From Camelus ferus (taxonomy: Eukaryota): a stretch of 64,000 nt of DNA. The DNA is taken from NCBI RefSeq assembly GCF_009834535.1, contig NC_045711.1, positions 19,964,001 to 20,028,000 of the forward strand, written 5' to 3'. Numbering within the stretch: position 1 is the stretch's first letter; the number at the start of each line of letters is the position of its first letter. A program made the translations under genes and the position numbers. The notes beneath the pieces are model-generated. The model did not search any database, was not told where the DNA came from, and worked only from the letters and a program-made list of their open reading frames with translations. Shown here piece by piece: positions 1-31,200 of this stretch.

Positions 1-3000
1 GAGCTGGCTGGGGTCTCTGGGGTTGATGCTTCTCTCCCCGGGGACAGGGGTGTCCGGCTGCTTCCACCGAAGGAGCCAGACGGGAGCAACGCTGTGACTT
101 CCAAGTCCAGGCCCCTATGCTCGACACTCCCCCAGGAAGCCAGCACCCACATGCACTGGCGCCAGGGTCCACAGGCCCAGCGAGCAGAGCCCTTCCAGTC
201 GCCTGCAGCACAGGCTTCCCAGGCGAGCCCTCGGCAGCAGGGGCAGAGACAAGCCCCCACACCTGGCCTCCACACGCACAAGCAGCGGTGGCTGTGGAAG
301 CCACGGGCTTCGGGCTGGGCAGTCATACAACAGACAACAACTTCCTTCTCAGGAAACATATGAGGGACTGAACTCTCAGCCTGCAGGCAGGGTGCTTCGG
401 TGCCCAGGCACCCCGTCCTCCTGGGACAGACAGCACACAGCAGCATGTGGAGGACACAATGAGGGGGACACTCAGAGGAGGACACTGTCAACGTCCGGGA
501 AGCTGAGGAGGGACCTGGAGCAGGGCAGGTGGCCAGCCGGGGGAGGCCACGGGGTCAACAGCACGGAAGGGGAGAGGCGGCGCCTGGTCTCATTCACTAA
601 CAAATAATGAGAACCTAAAGCAAGAGAAAATGTCAAAAATGCTCTCAGTAGTAACACCCGTCATTTGCCAAATTCCTTCCAAAGTCCAAGTAGGAGAAAA
701 GAACAGGATGGGGAGGACTTCCCAGGACAACACTGACATGGCCCCACCAGACACGGGCGGCGTGTGACAGGCCCCGAATCCCAGCCCACGCAGGGGACCA
801 GCCCCGAGGCCAGGCAGCCAGCATGTCTGGACCAAGGGGGACCCACACTCCATTTTTCATGAGTTCAAGGCAAGTTTTTTATCCCAACACTTTTCCGGGC
901 CTTAAATCCCCCAGGATTTCCCAGTGGGCTCTCTGCACACATGAAGGGAGACTCTCCTGTGAACAGACTCCGAAGGGCAAAAAGCATGAAAAGGAACAAA
1001 AAACACTGAAGGCAAGGGCTTTGTTTTTGTTTGTTGGTCTGACTTTTTACATAGAACAGGGCCACCTTAAAAAACTGCCCTCCCCAGAGCACGTGGTTTC
1101 CAACCTGGCGGGCACAGAGGTCAGCGACCCTCAGCAACCGGAGGAAACGCCCTGACCTCTGATAGCTGGGAGGGTCCTCAGCCAGCACCCAAGCAGGGTG
1201 CACCCCTTTCCATGGGGGCATCAAACAGGAGCTGGCTGGAAGCACACACACGTCACACTGGCAGCCACGCCGCAGAGACGCCGACAAACAGCACGCACAG
1301 CTGAGAAGAGAGGCCGCCGGGCCTGTTCCTGTTGCTCCAGTTTCCCCGTAACCACTCTGAAGCACCACGCCTTCCCCGCCCAGGCCTGCTCTCCTGCCAC
1401 CGCAACCAGCCTCCCTCCCCGGGGCACGTTCTCCGGTGAATCACAGGCTGCCCAGCAGGAGATGCTGGTCTGAGGTCCCCTGGAGGCACCACCGAGTCAA
1501 GGCCAAGACCAAGACCAGCAGCCCCACCCCAGGCCCCGGGAGAAGGGGGCCCGCACCAGGTGCCCAGAGTCCCCCGCCAGCCGGTGAGCACGAGCATCGT
1601 GGCCCCCGTCACACAGCCCCACTATTCTCTTGTCTCAAGTGTGTGCCCGGTTTAGTTCCTCAGGGCTGCATACATTAAGGGGAAAACAAAACAATTTCCC
1701 ATGCGGAGAAATTTGATGCTGAAGTTGAGTTTTGGATGGCCGGCATAAGCAGCTGATTAGAATCAACAAGGACCCAGAATGAAAAAATACAATCCTGATA
1801 AAGTAAGTGTATGTCAAGTAAATAATGAAAAATTTTAAGTATACAAATATGTAACTAAAAATTAACTTCACAAAGAAACGTTTAAGTGCTCAACAGTCAT
1901 GTGAAGGGTTACTGCCCTGCCACATGTCTCACCTCACAGTGCAACCCCACTGCACACAGCTCCACGGGAGGGGCGGGCCGCCCTGCTTCCCACCCCAGCT
2001 GTGAGATGAGGAGGAGGAAGGAGGTGCACAGGGAAGAGCCCAGGGGACACCAGACAGGTGGGACTTCCTGTCTTCAGACCAACCTGCTCACGACGTACCT
2101 ACCCTACCACCTGAGCATTCACCCAGCTCCTTCAAGTGGTCTAAACAGCCCACAGAGGAATCCACACCCAAACAGCAAACCGCACTGAGATGCTCCCATT
2201 TAGAGCACCCCTCCCAAGGCCCCTCCCCACGCCCCACCGGCTCCACTCAGACGTTCCCCTGTAGGTCACAGCCGCCCCTCATCAGTCAGCTCTGCCCTGG
2301 GGACTGCGCAGGGCTTAGGTCCGCCTGATCCTCGCTCAGCCCTCGTGGCAGGAACCCTGCCTCTTGCATCCTCTGTGCCTATGTTAGGCAAGTAGACTGA
2401 GAAGCCATCTTTTTCTGAAGAGTTACTGCTCCTGAATTAAGCGGTCCTGACAAGCACTTGGAGGCCCGATGGTGGCTGGTGTCGGTCTGCCTCCAAGATT
2501 CTCCTGCACGTGTGGAGCAGGGGCTCATGTGGAGGTGAGACAGGAGGAGACACAGAGAGAAGGGAGGAGGAGCCAGCGGGCCTCACCCAGGACCAGACAG
2601 CATAGAGCTGAGGCCGCCAAGAAGCCTGGACCGGGCCGGTAGCCCGGGCAGTGCAAAGGAGCGCGGGATCCAGAACACCCACTGGCAAGGCACTGACGGG
2701 TGGGAACCACGGAGAAGAGGCGGCTGAGCTCGGTGCCCACCCCTCTCCTGGGGCCTGCGCTGCCTACCCTCTGGCGCTGCCCCTAGTTCTCCAAAGGTGG
2801 TGGAGACAGCATGGCTGCAGCTGAGGGACACAGAGGTGGCACCACTGCCGTCAAGCAGACCAGCCACAGACCAGGCGGGGCCCAAGCAGAGGGAGGACAG
2901 AGAGAGCAGGTGGCTGACCATGCTCTAGGCGAGGACCCCAGACAGGGCAGAGGACAGGCCACCAGGGGCAGCCTGCCTGACCCAGTGAGCACCAAATCCG

Positions 3001-6000
3001 GAAAGGACAGCTGGGCCTGGGAGATGCCTGGAGCCACCACCCTACGAGTTGACTTGACCAGCGAGAGCCCAGGCAGCACCGCCGGGCAGCCTCCTCTGCT
3101 GCTGGGTCTCGCCAGGCAGGCCGGGGGCTGGGGGTGGCAGCCACCACCTGCGGAGCCTGGAGCAAGCACAACAGGTGCCCAGACCCAGGGCCCTGGGACC
3201 GTGCACGGGAAGCAGGAGCGGAGGTCACGGGGAATCGGGCACGGAGAGCCCGAGGGACCCCTGCACGTAGGGAGGGTGCCCAGCGGGGGGTGGGGGCCAG
3301 CACGCTGCGGTGTAGGGACACTGGCCAGGAGCACGGCTCTCTCTCTCCTCCAAAGGCAAGGGCGCCTGTGACCCACTAGGCCCCTTCCCCCGCAAGCGTG
3401 GGCCTGGGCTGGGCTACCTGCGAGCGCACACCTGTCCAGGGGGACACGTCACCTCTCCACGCAGCAGGTGTACAAACCAGGCCGCCAGTGGACTGAGGTG
3501 AGCCACACACCGTGCATGTTCCAACAGGACTCTGTGCCTGCTGCCCAGAAAATGCTGAGTCACGTGAGACAGTGTAAGCTGGCCGCTCCACGTCTACCCG
3601 AGCCCGTGGGGGAACTGAAGGCGCCTTTCACCTGAACCGTAGGAGAGAACGTGAAAGAGGGCCCCCCCCCCACCGAAAACGCACGTATTCAAGTGCTGCT
3701 CCTGTGCTTCTCCCACCCACAGCCTGCCCCAGGCAAGCGCTGCCACCGAAAAGCCCAATTTGGATAATCTGTCCTCTGGCCACACAACCTTAATGAAACC
3801 ACAAAGAACCCGCAGAGAACAGGAATCAAAGCCACCCGGGAATGACATGGACAAGCAAGCGCCCTCCCCGTCAAAGACGGCCTCACGTCACATCACACGT
3901 CCTCCGAGGTCAGAGACCTGCTACTTCCCTTCGACAGACTGCGCAGGGAGGGCGCCACGTGCCCGGGATCACGGGCACTGCCAGGACGAGGGCCCAGGCT
4001 CAGGAGGGGCCCAAAGGGCCATCACCCCCCGGGGCAGAGTCACGCGTCTGGGGTGCATGGGGCCTGCTCAACAGCCGCCCCCACCTGGGCAGGAGGCTCC
4101 TCCATCCCCACATGTGGCTCAGGCTGGGCGACCGTGGGCCCGGCGGTCTCCCTTTCCCTGTCTGTCAATGTGTCTGCACTGTTCACCCCTGGTGAGATGG
4201 GCAGGACCCTCACTGTGGAGGGAGATGCAACCCCAGCGCCGGCACCACCCGCCCGCGCCCGCACCCACCCCCAGCCACCACGGGGCACCGACTGAGGAGC
4301 CGGAGCAGAGAGCAGCAAGCTCAAGTGACGACCAGCCTCAACTTTTAATTCTGTGTTTCCCTTCCTTGAATTTCCTAAATTTGCATCAATCCTAATGCTT
4401 ATGAAAAGGGGACTAAACCAAAGGGTGTCTCAAGCGTCACAGCGAAGGGGCCTCCAGTGAAAGGAGTGGCCAAGCACAGAGCTAAAAGCCACCGCTGCAA
4501 GAGAAGCACGCTTCCAGGCAAGCGAAAACCGAGCCCCAGTTTCGATGGTGCTTGTTACGAGTCCACCTGTTTCGCCTAGCCCACACTGATGAACAGGTGG
4601 ATAAAACGAAGCCAAGTGCATCAAAGGAGGAGAGGAAACCCTGGAGCACACACGGCGCGGGCAGGTTTCATCACGCAGGGCGGACGCCCGGCCCGCCGTT
4701 CAGGTCTGAGGAGCTCCTGGCAAGGCCACGCCCGCTCGGCAGCGGCGGCGGCAGTTACACCAAATTTCTCCCCCTCAAGAGAAGGGAAGGATCCCAGAAG
4801 GACCCCGGGTTTTCCCAGCAGACACCAGGCTCCCACGGGCTCAGGAAGCAGGGCCGGGCTGGCCTCGCCAGCAGGGATCTCAGCAGCAGCATCGGTGATA
4901 CTCCTGCTGAGAGTCCATCTCCCTGGGCAGCTCTGAGCGCGGCAGCCAGCGGGCACCAGCCCCGCGGGGCCCCTCCTCTGGGTGACAAGCGTACAGGGGT
5001 GCAGGGCCTGGCTTCACTAAGCCTTTGGGAAAATCCTTCTGTTCCTCAGGAGGAAAAGAGAGACGCTCTCTCCTCCGAGTGTGGGGCATGAAGGCGTCCT
5101 AGTGACAGCCCCAGCTCCTGCCGGCGGAGTGGTTGGCAGGCCTTGAACAAGCTGGCGACCAGCAGCAAGAGGATCAAAGCTGTTTTTTGGTTTTTTGTTT
5201 TAAAAAAAAAAAAGGTCCATGGGCCCGGCCGGGGCAGAACTGGACAGAAAGCAGACCCAGGACCTTCTCAAGCTGAGACCGCACTGGTGCGCCAGCACTT
5301 GAGCCGGGACGAGGTGGCCATGGGTGCTCTGGCTGGTGGCCTGAGAGCGCAGTGGTGGTCACCGCCCCAGGGTGGAGGGAGGCACCTGCAGCTCAGGCCC
5401 CAGTCGAACGCAGCCTTGGCCTCTGGAGGGGTGGCTGCCAGGCCAGGGGCTGCAGGAGACCCAGGTGCCCATCCAGGACAGCAGAGTCCTGAGCAGGACG
5501 AGGAGGCCCAGAGCCGGACCACTGCCGCTGACAGCAATTTAGGGCGGGGCTTCCCTGCAGGGAAGGGGACCTACAGGCTCGGCCACGATCCTCAAGCCCT
5601 GGCTTCTCCCTGACCTGGGACTTCTCCAAGTGACTCATGCAAACACTAGGAATCCACTCACACTCAACCGTTCAAATAAACCATCTCAGCCCATCCACCC
5701 ATCCCTTACCAGGATCACCTGCAACATAAACGGCCCCCCTGCTAAGACCCACAGTGACGGCCTGGTGACCAGCTCCCCGGCCCCAGCTCCACACTCAGCA
5801 CCTCCTGCCAGCCTCACCCCACACAGAGCCCCTCACAGCAGGCATGTCCTCCTTAAGCACCGCCCACATAGGCAGTGGCGGAGAGTGCCCGCAGGCAGAG
5901 GTTGTGCCAACACAAGCCGATACCTGTGTCCGTCAGTGTGAAAGGTGTGCAGCCAGGAAAAAGCCCACAGACCTCAGAAACGCCAGAAATGTTCAAATTA

Positions 6001-6179
6001 GTGTTAAACTTTCTCAGTTATTTAAAAAAAAACTATTACTACTACTGCGGCAAGGAAACTGAAAATACACGCTCAAACAAAACCTTACACACAAAGGTTC
6101 AGATCAGCGTTGTTCAGAAAAAGCAAGACACCCACACAACAGAGCACCGACCAGAGGAAGGACGGGGCACAGACACAGG

Positions 6180-6460
6180 CCACCACGTGGAGGCAGCGTG
6201 ACAACACCACGCTGAAGGAAGGTCCCCTGTTACATGACTCCACTCGGATGAAACGTCCAGAGTAAGCAAGTCTAGGGTTCCAGGGGCTGGGGGTGGCAGG
6301 GGAGGGATGGGGAGGGCCCGCTAATGCGTGTGGGCTTCCCTTCAGGAGTGAGGAGAATGCTTGGGAATTAGTGGGGATGGCCGAACAACCCTGTGCACAT
6401 ACAAAACAATCACAGAGTTTATATGCTTTAAAGGGTGAATTACAACGTGCATCACACCTC
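6180..6460 (+). mobile_element. L1M 3'-end fragment
   Basis: catgactccactcggatgaaacgtccagagtaagcaagtc..aaagggtgaattac motif. Confidence 0.65.
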
Positions 6461-7132
6461 CATCTCTTTTAAGGCCCCTGTATGACACACCATGTTTACT
6501 CACAGCACGGAAGGACACGTGAAAACACGGATTACCTCAGCAGACCACAGGGACTCAGGAAATGGTGCATCTCCCAGGTGCCTTTAAAGCATTCCGAGAG
6601 TCTCATCACATAAGTGACAATGAAGGGGCAATGGCACCGTGAGTCTGAGGACATCCTAGGTGCAGAGCAGGGCGGGGGGTCCTCTCTGCTCCTCCAACAC
6701 CCGGGGCCCCACTGTCCCTGCGCCCTCATGCCTCTGACACCCGCCAAGGAGAGCAGAGGAGGCGACACCCAGGAAGACGACATCGCCCCAAGTCACAGCC
6801 CAGAAGCCCCTGTTTAAACACAGCCCGAAACCCCTGCTCTCCTCAAAGTGGGCCCTGGGCTCCCCAGCTCCAGGGACAAGCAGGGTCTCACCCACAGCAA
6901 CAACAGAGCAGGGGGACAGGGCCCGAGGGAGGGGGCTGACCCCAGGGCTGCATAGGGGCCCCCTTCCTGCAGAACTTGAACTCCACACAAGCAGAGCAGG
7001 CGGCACCACCCAGCACCCTCGGGCAGGGGCAGGGTCTGCGCTCAGATCAGGGGTTACAAACACCCCAAGTATCTGATCAAAACCAAAGTTCAAATCACCT
7101 GCCTTCTTTCACTTCTCTCTGTGACATGATTA

Positions 7133-24350
<17,218 letters not shown>

Positions 24351-24870
24351 CCACCCGACACCCTGGGATGCAGGCATAGCCGCTGCCTGAGGCTCCCTGC
24401 TCAGCCCCCACACCTTTATCCAGCGGAAACACAGGCTGCAAAATGGAGCGCGGGAGAGGGGCTGCGCAGTGGCTGCAGCACAACATGGTGGTGGGCTTTC
24501 CGTCCATCCTCCACCTCAGGAAGGGTGGACCTGGAGCCCCACTCAGCCCCAGAGATTCTGCTCAAGAGGTGGGCCCGTCTCGTGGTCCCCATCTCGGCCT
24601 AAGCCAGAAAGAGGAACCGCAAGTCCACCGGGGGAGGGGACACCGACTTCCACTGAAACAAAGCCCAGATCTCTGAATTTCTGTACAACAGTCCTGAACA
24701 TATCCAAACTCCAAGTTCCGCCCCACCCCAGCCCCAGGCTAGGACAGGTAATGAGCCAGTCAGAGACCTTTCAGGTGGTCTGGGCCCCGGTAAATTAACC
24801 CAGCTGCTTGGAGGACGGAAACACAGGTGCAACGAAGACACACACAGCCCATCCCTGAAACCCCCAGGGC

Positions 24871-24876
24871 TTTATT
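24871..24876 (-). terminator. FN3K polyadenylation signal AATAAA
   Basis: tttatt on the plus strand, about 75 nt downstream of the FN3K stop codon. Confidence 0.7.
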
Positions 24877-24950
24877 CTCCCTTAAGTGGCCTCCGGCGCA
24901 GCCACCCCCGGCGTCTGCTCAGCGGCTGGGCAGGGGCTGCCAGCCGGCCA

Positions 24951-25289
24951 CTACTTGAGAAGCTTCCTCATGGTGCCCAGGGATGGGCTCCTGTACTGCC
25001 ACCCAAAGTGGTTCCAGTGGTTCAGGTAGTTAAAGAGCTTATAGAGCAGCAGCCGCCGGTCAAACCCCGGAGCCCTGGGGATCTTGCGGTGGTAGGCGGT
25101 GAAGAAGGACCTGGGAAACCCGCCAAACATTGAGGCGATTGCCAGTTCAAACTCGGAGTGGCCATAGAAGGAGGCCGGGTCGTAAATGATGGGTCCGCTG
25201 TCATCCTCGGCCACGTTTCCCGACCAGAGGTCCCCATGAAGAAGGGCGGGGACAATCTCTAGGCCACAGAACAGATCCGGGATCTTCAC
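24951..25289 (-). CDS. FN3K: FN3K exon 6 (339 nt coding)
   Basis: [53 protein letters not shown]. Confidence 0.97.
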   Translation of the reverse strand: MKIPDLFCGLEIVPALLHGDLWSGNVAEDDSGPIIYDPASFYGHSEFELAIASMFGGFPRSFFTAYHRKIPRAPGFDRRLLLYKLFNYLNHWNHFGWQYRSPSLGTMRKLLK

Positions 25290-28200
25290 CTAGGAAAATA
25301 ATTACTGTATGCAGAGTCACCCTGGGCCCAGGAGCCAGACTCCTCATCCAGCACTTGGAAACAAAGCAGAGACAACCTCGTGCTTGTTCAGGGCCCACAC
25401 CACTGTACACCAAGCCCAGAGGTAAGGACCCTCCGACTCCAGGGGAATGTCACTTTGTCTGGGGGTTTACTGCTAATTTAGGTCCACAGCTCGCCAACAC
25501 TGATGACCTCCATCAGCAGAGCGGACAGCCTCAGAGGTTATACCTTCATTGTGTAAAGTATGACCCGTGTAACCTGAGGGGAGTTTTTTGTACGTAATTT
25601 AGCAATCTTTCTCTGCTAATCTTTTATCTCACAGCACAGGTAAATCTGCACCTCTTTTATATCCTGATGACTTCAATAATGAGTTAAAGAAAATGTCTCT
25701 GATGCTTATGCTATGTTTTGAAACCAGTCACTCTGGGGCACCTGCCACCCACATCTGCTCTAAGAGGATATTTGCACTTTGTCAGAGAAGGAAGAACAGT
25801 GTTAAGAGTGAGAAAACAACAGTAAATGCCACCATTTACAAGCCAAGCACCTACATTTCACGTGAGCAAAGTGTGAGGCTGAGCACCTGTGACCCAGCAG
25901 GTGCGAGGTGCCCTCAAGTCCCACCCCCTTCCCAGTTTCCCCACCAAACCGATAGTGAGGCACTCGTGTGTCCAGGACGTCACGACGTCACCAGCTCTGC
26001 TCCAGTGGGCCCCACTCTGGCTCTGTTCTAGCACAGGACCCCACACAAACGTGGTGGGCTCATGAGAGGACAGCCCCTCTCCCTGGGGATAACTGCTGTG
26101 CCCACCTGCAGCTGTGACCAGAGTTCTCGTGCCTCTCGGTCAGCGTAGTCCTTCTCAATGAGGTCCAGCTGCGCTTGGAGCCGGTGACGGGTGAAGAAGG
26201 TCGGCCAGTCTTCCTGCCACTCGTTCACCTGGGCAACAAGGGAAAGGAGGGGCTGGTGCTGCAGCTGGCGGTCACAGGACAGGGTCACGCATGGAATCTG
26301 CCTAAACCCTACAGCAGCCACTAGAAGAGCACAGCAGATACCTTTGCCGGCCAACAGGGAGACAGGACGGGATTGTTAAAGACAGTTAATTCAAAAGAGA
26401 GCATATTGTGCTCTCCACTGGAATTTGACACAACATTGTAAAATGACTGTAGCTCAATAAAAAAATGAAAAAGAGAATAATGAGGAAAAAGGGAACAAGT
26501 ATCAGATAAGACAAACGAGAAACAGCAAGACGACACATCCAAACCTAACCATATCCATAAGCTCATTGAATGCGAATGGTCTAAACACCCCAGTTAAATG
26601 ACAGAGACCAGCAGGTGGGAAACATAAAGCATGACCCAATTATAAGCTGTTATGTAAGAACTGCATTTTGTATATAAAAACAGAAACAGTTTCAAAGGAG
26701 ACAGAAGTTAATCATGCTAAACTAGTCACAAGAAAGCTGGAGTAGCTGTGTTAATGTCAAAGTAGATTTCAAACAAAGAATACCACCAAGTGTAAAGAAA
26801 GGCAGTTCACAATGCAAAGGGGGTTAGCTGATGAAGATCACGTAATAATCCTAAGCATTCGTGTCCCTGACATGTGGCAAGTCCGCACATGGACTAGACG
26901 CAGCACGTCAGCGGGCATCAGGGAAAACAGAACCTCGCTGAGGTGTCACTTCACACCCACCGAGATGGCTGGAAAGTGCCAAGTGTGGTGAGGACGTGGA
27001 GGACCCGGAACTCTCACACACTGACGGCGTGAATGTGAAGTGGCACAACCACTTCGGAAGATACTTTGGCAGTTTCTTAAACAGTTAAATATGAACCTAC
27101 ATGTGGCCTAGTCACTGGCTCTTAGGTATTTACCTGAAATAAATGGACACATTCAACCACACAAACTCTTGTACATGAAGGTTCACAGAAGCTTTATTTG
27201 TAAAAGCAAAGCCTGGAAACACCCCAGATGTCCAGCCTCAGGTGAATGGATACACAGACTGCGGTTTGTCTTATGGTGGAATGGACTTTCGATCCATACA
27301 ACAACACAGGTGAATATCTAAGTGATTGTGCTGAGTGAAAGCCAAACAGAGGCGTGACAGCACGCGCTCTCACCTACATTAAATTACACAAAGTGCAAAG
27401 CTGTCTGTGGTGACAGAAAGCAGGCCGGTGGTTGCAGGGGCGGGGGGAGGAGTTTGCAAAAGGGCAGGAGGATGCTTTGGGGGAGATGGCCTTGCTCACT
27501 GACGTGGCTGTGGTTAGCGGTTCACAAGTGTGCACATAAGTCAAAACTAGCCAAACCGTAACTGTAGGTGCAGCTCGTGTTGTGTCGGTTATACTTCAGA
27601 CAGTTGTTTGTTTTTGTTGTTTGTTTGTTTTTTAAAAGGTGCAAAGCTTATCTATACGAAGAGTGACTTTGTTAAACTCCCTAGGGGAGGAACTGACCGG
27701 AGAGCATGCATCCCTGGTCAGCGTCCTCAGCATGGAGACCCCCATGCTGAGTGTTGTGGTCCCTGAGCCCCTGGGTTCACTCCTTGGTGCTAGGTGCACC
27801 TCAAGAGAGGACAGGGGGCCCCTCACCAAACGGCCTGAGGCATGTGGGCACATGCCCTCCTGTCCCCTCTGCCTGCCCAGGCCCGTCCTCTTGGACAACC
27901 ACGTCATGAAAGACACAGACTGTTGGGAGCTGGAGACCAGCACGGGTCAGCCCTCCACCTGGACAGACAAGCGGGATCCCCTCACCCACGGAAAAACGTG
28001 ACCTTCCCCAGAGCTGCCAAAGGCAGGGTCACCCCGTGCACAGCTGGTGGGCGGAGCCCACCTTCACCTGGATGGAGGGGCAGGGTGTGCAGCGGACAGG
28101 GCCTATGCCCCAAAGCCAGATGGGCTAACCCTGGCCCCTCCGCTGACCGCTGCACGACCTGGGCACCACCCGGCTTCTTGGCACATCACTTTCCTCGTCT

Positions 28201-31200
28201 CTAAAACGGGTCAAGGACAACCCATCTCTGGGGTTGCTGTGGCAACTGGGGGAGGTGAGTTGGACAAAGCACTTAAAAGGGAGCCTGGGGTGCAGCACCG
28301 AACAAACCGTGTCCATCCTCTGACCAAGCCAGTGGTCTCAACGGGGCTCAGCTCATGGGGGGCCACCACTCAGGGCTGCCCCACTAATGGCGGCAGCCCC
28401 CAAGGGCCCACTCAGCCCTCCCAAGGTGCAGGGAGCCACCTGGCACTTTGGGCTGATCCGTCCAGGCTACTCCATCAGGCGCCATATCCAGGACCATTTT
28501 GTCGGAGCAAAGCGGGTAGGCCAGGCGTCCTCCCAGGCCCCTCCGCCCTCCCTGGCCGGGCTGCAGCTGAGCTGAGTTGGTTCACTGATCCTGGAGTCTG
28601 ACCAGGCACTCTACTCAGGGGCCGCCTGTGTCCCTAATGGGCCAGCCCATCCTCATCTGCTTCGTGGTTCTGTGTACTGTCCATTCCTCAGTTCTTGACA
28701 AGCCACTGAGCGAGGTCCATGTAGACCTGCAGCTCTAGAACTCCACCTCTGAGGCAGGACAACAAGCCATGCTCGGCCATGCTGGCCTGGGACCATGTTA
28801 CTGTCCTGGTGACTAGCTCCAAACAGATACGTCACCCCTGGGGAGCTGGCTCCAGCAGAGACTCATGGAGTCTAAACCAGCCAGGTAACCCCACTGGGCA
28901 CAGTCCTAGGGACCCCAGATGTGAGCATGCCCCTTGGCTGAGATCCCTAAATCTGCCTCCAGCTTCATAAGGCTCTTGCCCCTCGTGACTGCCTGGGAGA
29001 AGAGCCCTGTGCCCACGCCCGGGAGGCACAAAAGGCCATCTATTGTGTGACTCCACTGACATGAAATGTCCAGAGTAAGCGAGTCCTTAGAGACAGAGCG
29101 CCATTGGCGGCTGCCAGTGACGGAGGGCAGGGGGATGGGGATGAGGTTTCTCCTTGGGGTGGCAAAAATGCTTGGAATTATTAAACAGCAGTGATGGCTG
29201 CACAACACTGTGTCTATGCTAAAACCCACTGAACCGTACACTTTAAAATAGTGACGTTTATGTCACTGAATTACATCTCATTAGTGCTAATCATTTTTAA
29301 AGGCCCTGGGAGAGGGGCCGAGCGACCAGGACTTAATCCACAAACTCTAGGGCCGCCCCACCCCCACCCCAGTCCCCTACAATTGTCACATGCCCCAAGT
29401 GATATGGCCTTTGCACCTGCTGTTCCCTCTGCTTGGAATGCTTTCCCACCTGCCCTGCGGCTTCCCATCTCCTCTAGGCTCAGCTCACAGACCCTCTACC
29501 TCACTCTCCCACCGTCCCACGCCCCACAGGTCTCACTCTGCTTTCAGAAGTCAGGCAGTCTAGTCCCCTGGGGCCCTGGGTACTGACACTGCATCCTACA
29601 CAAGGGGTGGGGTGACCAGGACTGGGGCATTCCCGCCCAGACACTCACCTGTGTGATGAAGCCACAGCACGTCACCGTGTGGAAGCCAAACTGGGTCACG
29701 TACTGGGGCCTGGCACCCTCAGTCCTCCGGCCTGTCAACAGAAAGGGCTGCCTGTCTTCCTCAGGAATGCCAGGCCTCAGCAGGGCGTCCAGATGGACCT
29801 GGCTGCACTGCCGGGACATGGGTGGTCAAAGACATGCTACACATGGTAGCAACTGGTCCAGCCTGGATCAGCCAGGACACATCTCTCTCCAGCCCACCGG
29901 ACAGTGGGGCTGGACATGAAAGGGGTCATGAGGCAACCCTACCAGCGTACCATCAGAACTCTTATTCAACAAGCCCACTTTCACACCACAGCATAAAGGG
30001 ATGGGGTCCCACCTGACCATCACTGAAGCGTTGCCCAAGCCCCCGCCGGGCAGGTGCACGCAGGTCAAGGGTCAAGGGCACACCAGCAACCCGCACATAC
30101 CCACTGTGTTCTCCTCCGCCCTGGACTTCTCCCCGAGCTTCTGGTTGTAAAGGTGCAGATCCGCCATCTGTTCTCCAAGTTTCGACGCCTGACTGAGGAA
30201 GGAGACACAGCCAATTAAAATAAGAACAACACAGCCAGCCAGCACATTCCATTCTGAGAAATGTTTTAAATATCTTAAAAACTACTCTCCATTCTTTAAA
30301 AAGTGAAAAATGAACTGCAGGCAGTGACTCTGTCCCAAAAACAAACCTGTAAAATCACTAAGAAGGGTAGGTTCTGGGAATTAAGGGACAAATACTCAAA
30401 AAGCAATGTTAGTAAAAGAAAAAACAAAACAGCTCCCAATTTTTGTCAAAACAAATGTAAATCACATGTAAGAACAGGCGTGGGATGACAGTCACACACC
30501 CACCACTGGTGATGGCTGCTCCCCGCTGCTGATTCGGGTGGCTTTAGTCCTCTTTATGTGAGTTTGTGTTTTCCACCATTTTTTAAACAGTGAATATACA
30601 TACCTTTAATAATTAGAAAAAACTTGAAGGACTTCAGGTAACTGCTAGATGAGACGTCAGAGCCCAAACTGATGGGCCTGAGTGAACTCGAAGCACAAGG
30701 TGAGGGTGGTTCAAACACACTTATCTGATGCAGCTTCATGAGCCAAACTAACCTCACACAGTCCCGCACGGACAGTGCGTGTGCCCGTCCCCACCGGGAA
30801 CAGTCCCCACCAGGAAGGCGGCTGTAGGTTCTGGGCGGTGCCTCTGCTAACCACACCGGCTCGGGAGCAGCTCCATACCAGGCGGCTCCCTCTCCCTCTT
30901 CCTGTCTCTCCCTCTCCCTGTCTCTCACACACACTTACCTGCTCAGGCTCCTCATCTTCAGATATTCCATCACAAAGGCAGCCCCACCGCCTGGGAGGTC
31001 AATCACCTTGATGGGCCGAGGTGCCCGCACCAGGCCAGTGCCGCGAAGAGCCTCCAGGCTCGCCATCTCCCCCTCAAACATCTGCCGAGCCTGCATCCAG
31101 AACACAGCTGTGAGCTCCGACTCCAGCAGGGGCTGAGGGTCACAGCCCTGGACAGAAGCTGCCATAAGCAACCAGGACCTCCAGTTACCGAAAACAGCCT

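Noticed and set aside
1673-1718. Minus-strand QISPHGKLFCFPLN resembling TBCD exon 8 (AQIFKHGKREDCLPY)
   Set aside because: Only 5 scattered identities, whereas the other TBCD exons are highly conserved. Length and phase do not fit well, and the true exon 8 is probably beyond position 1.
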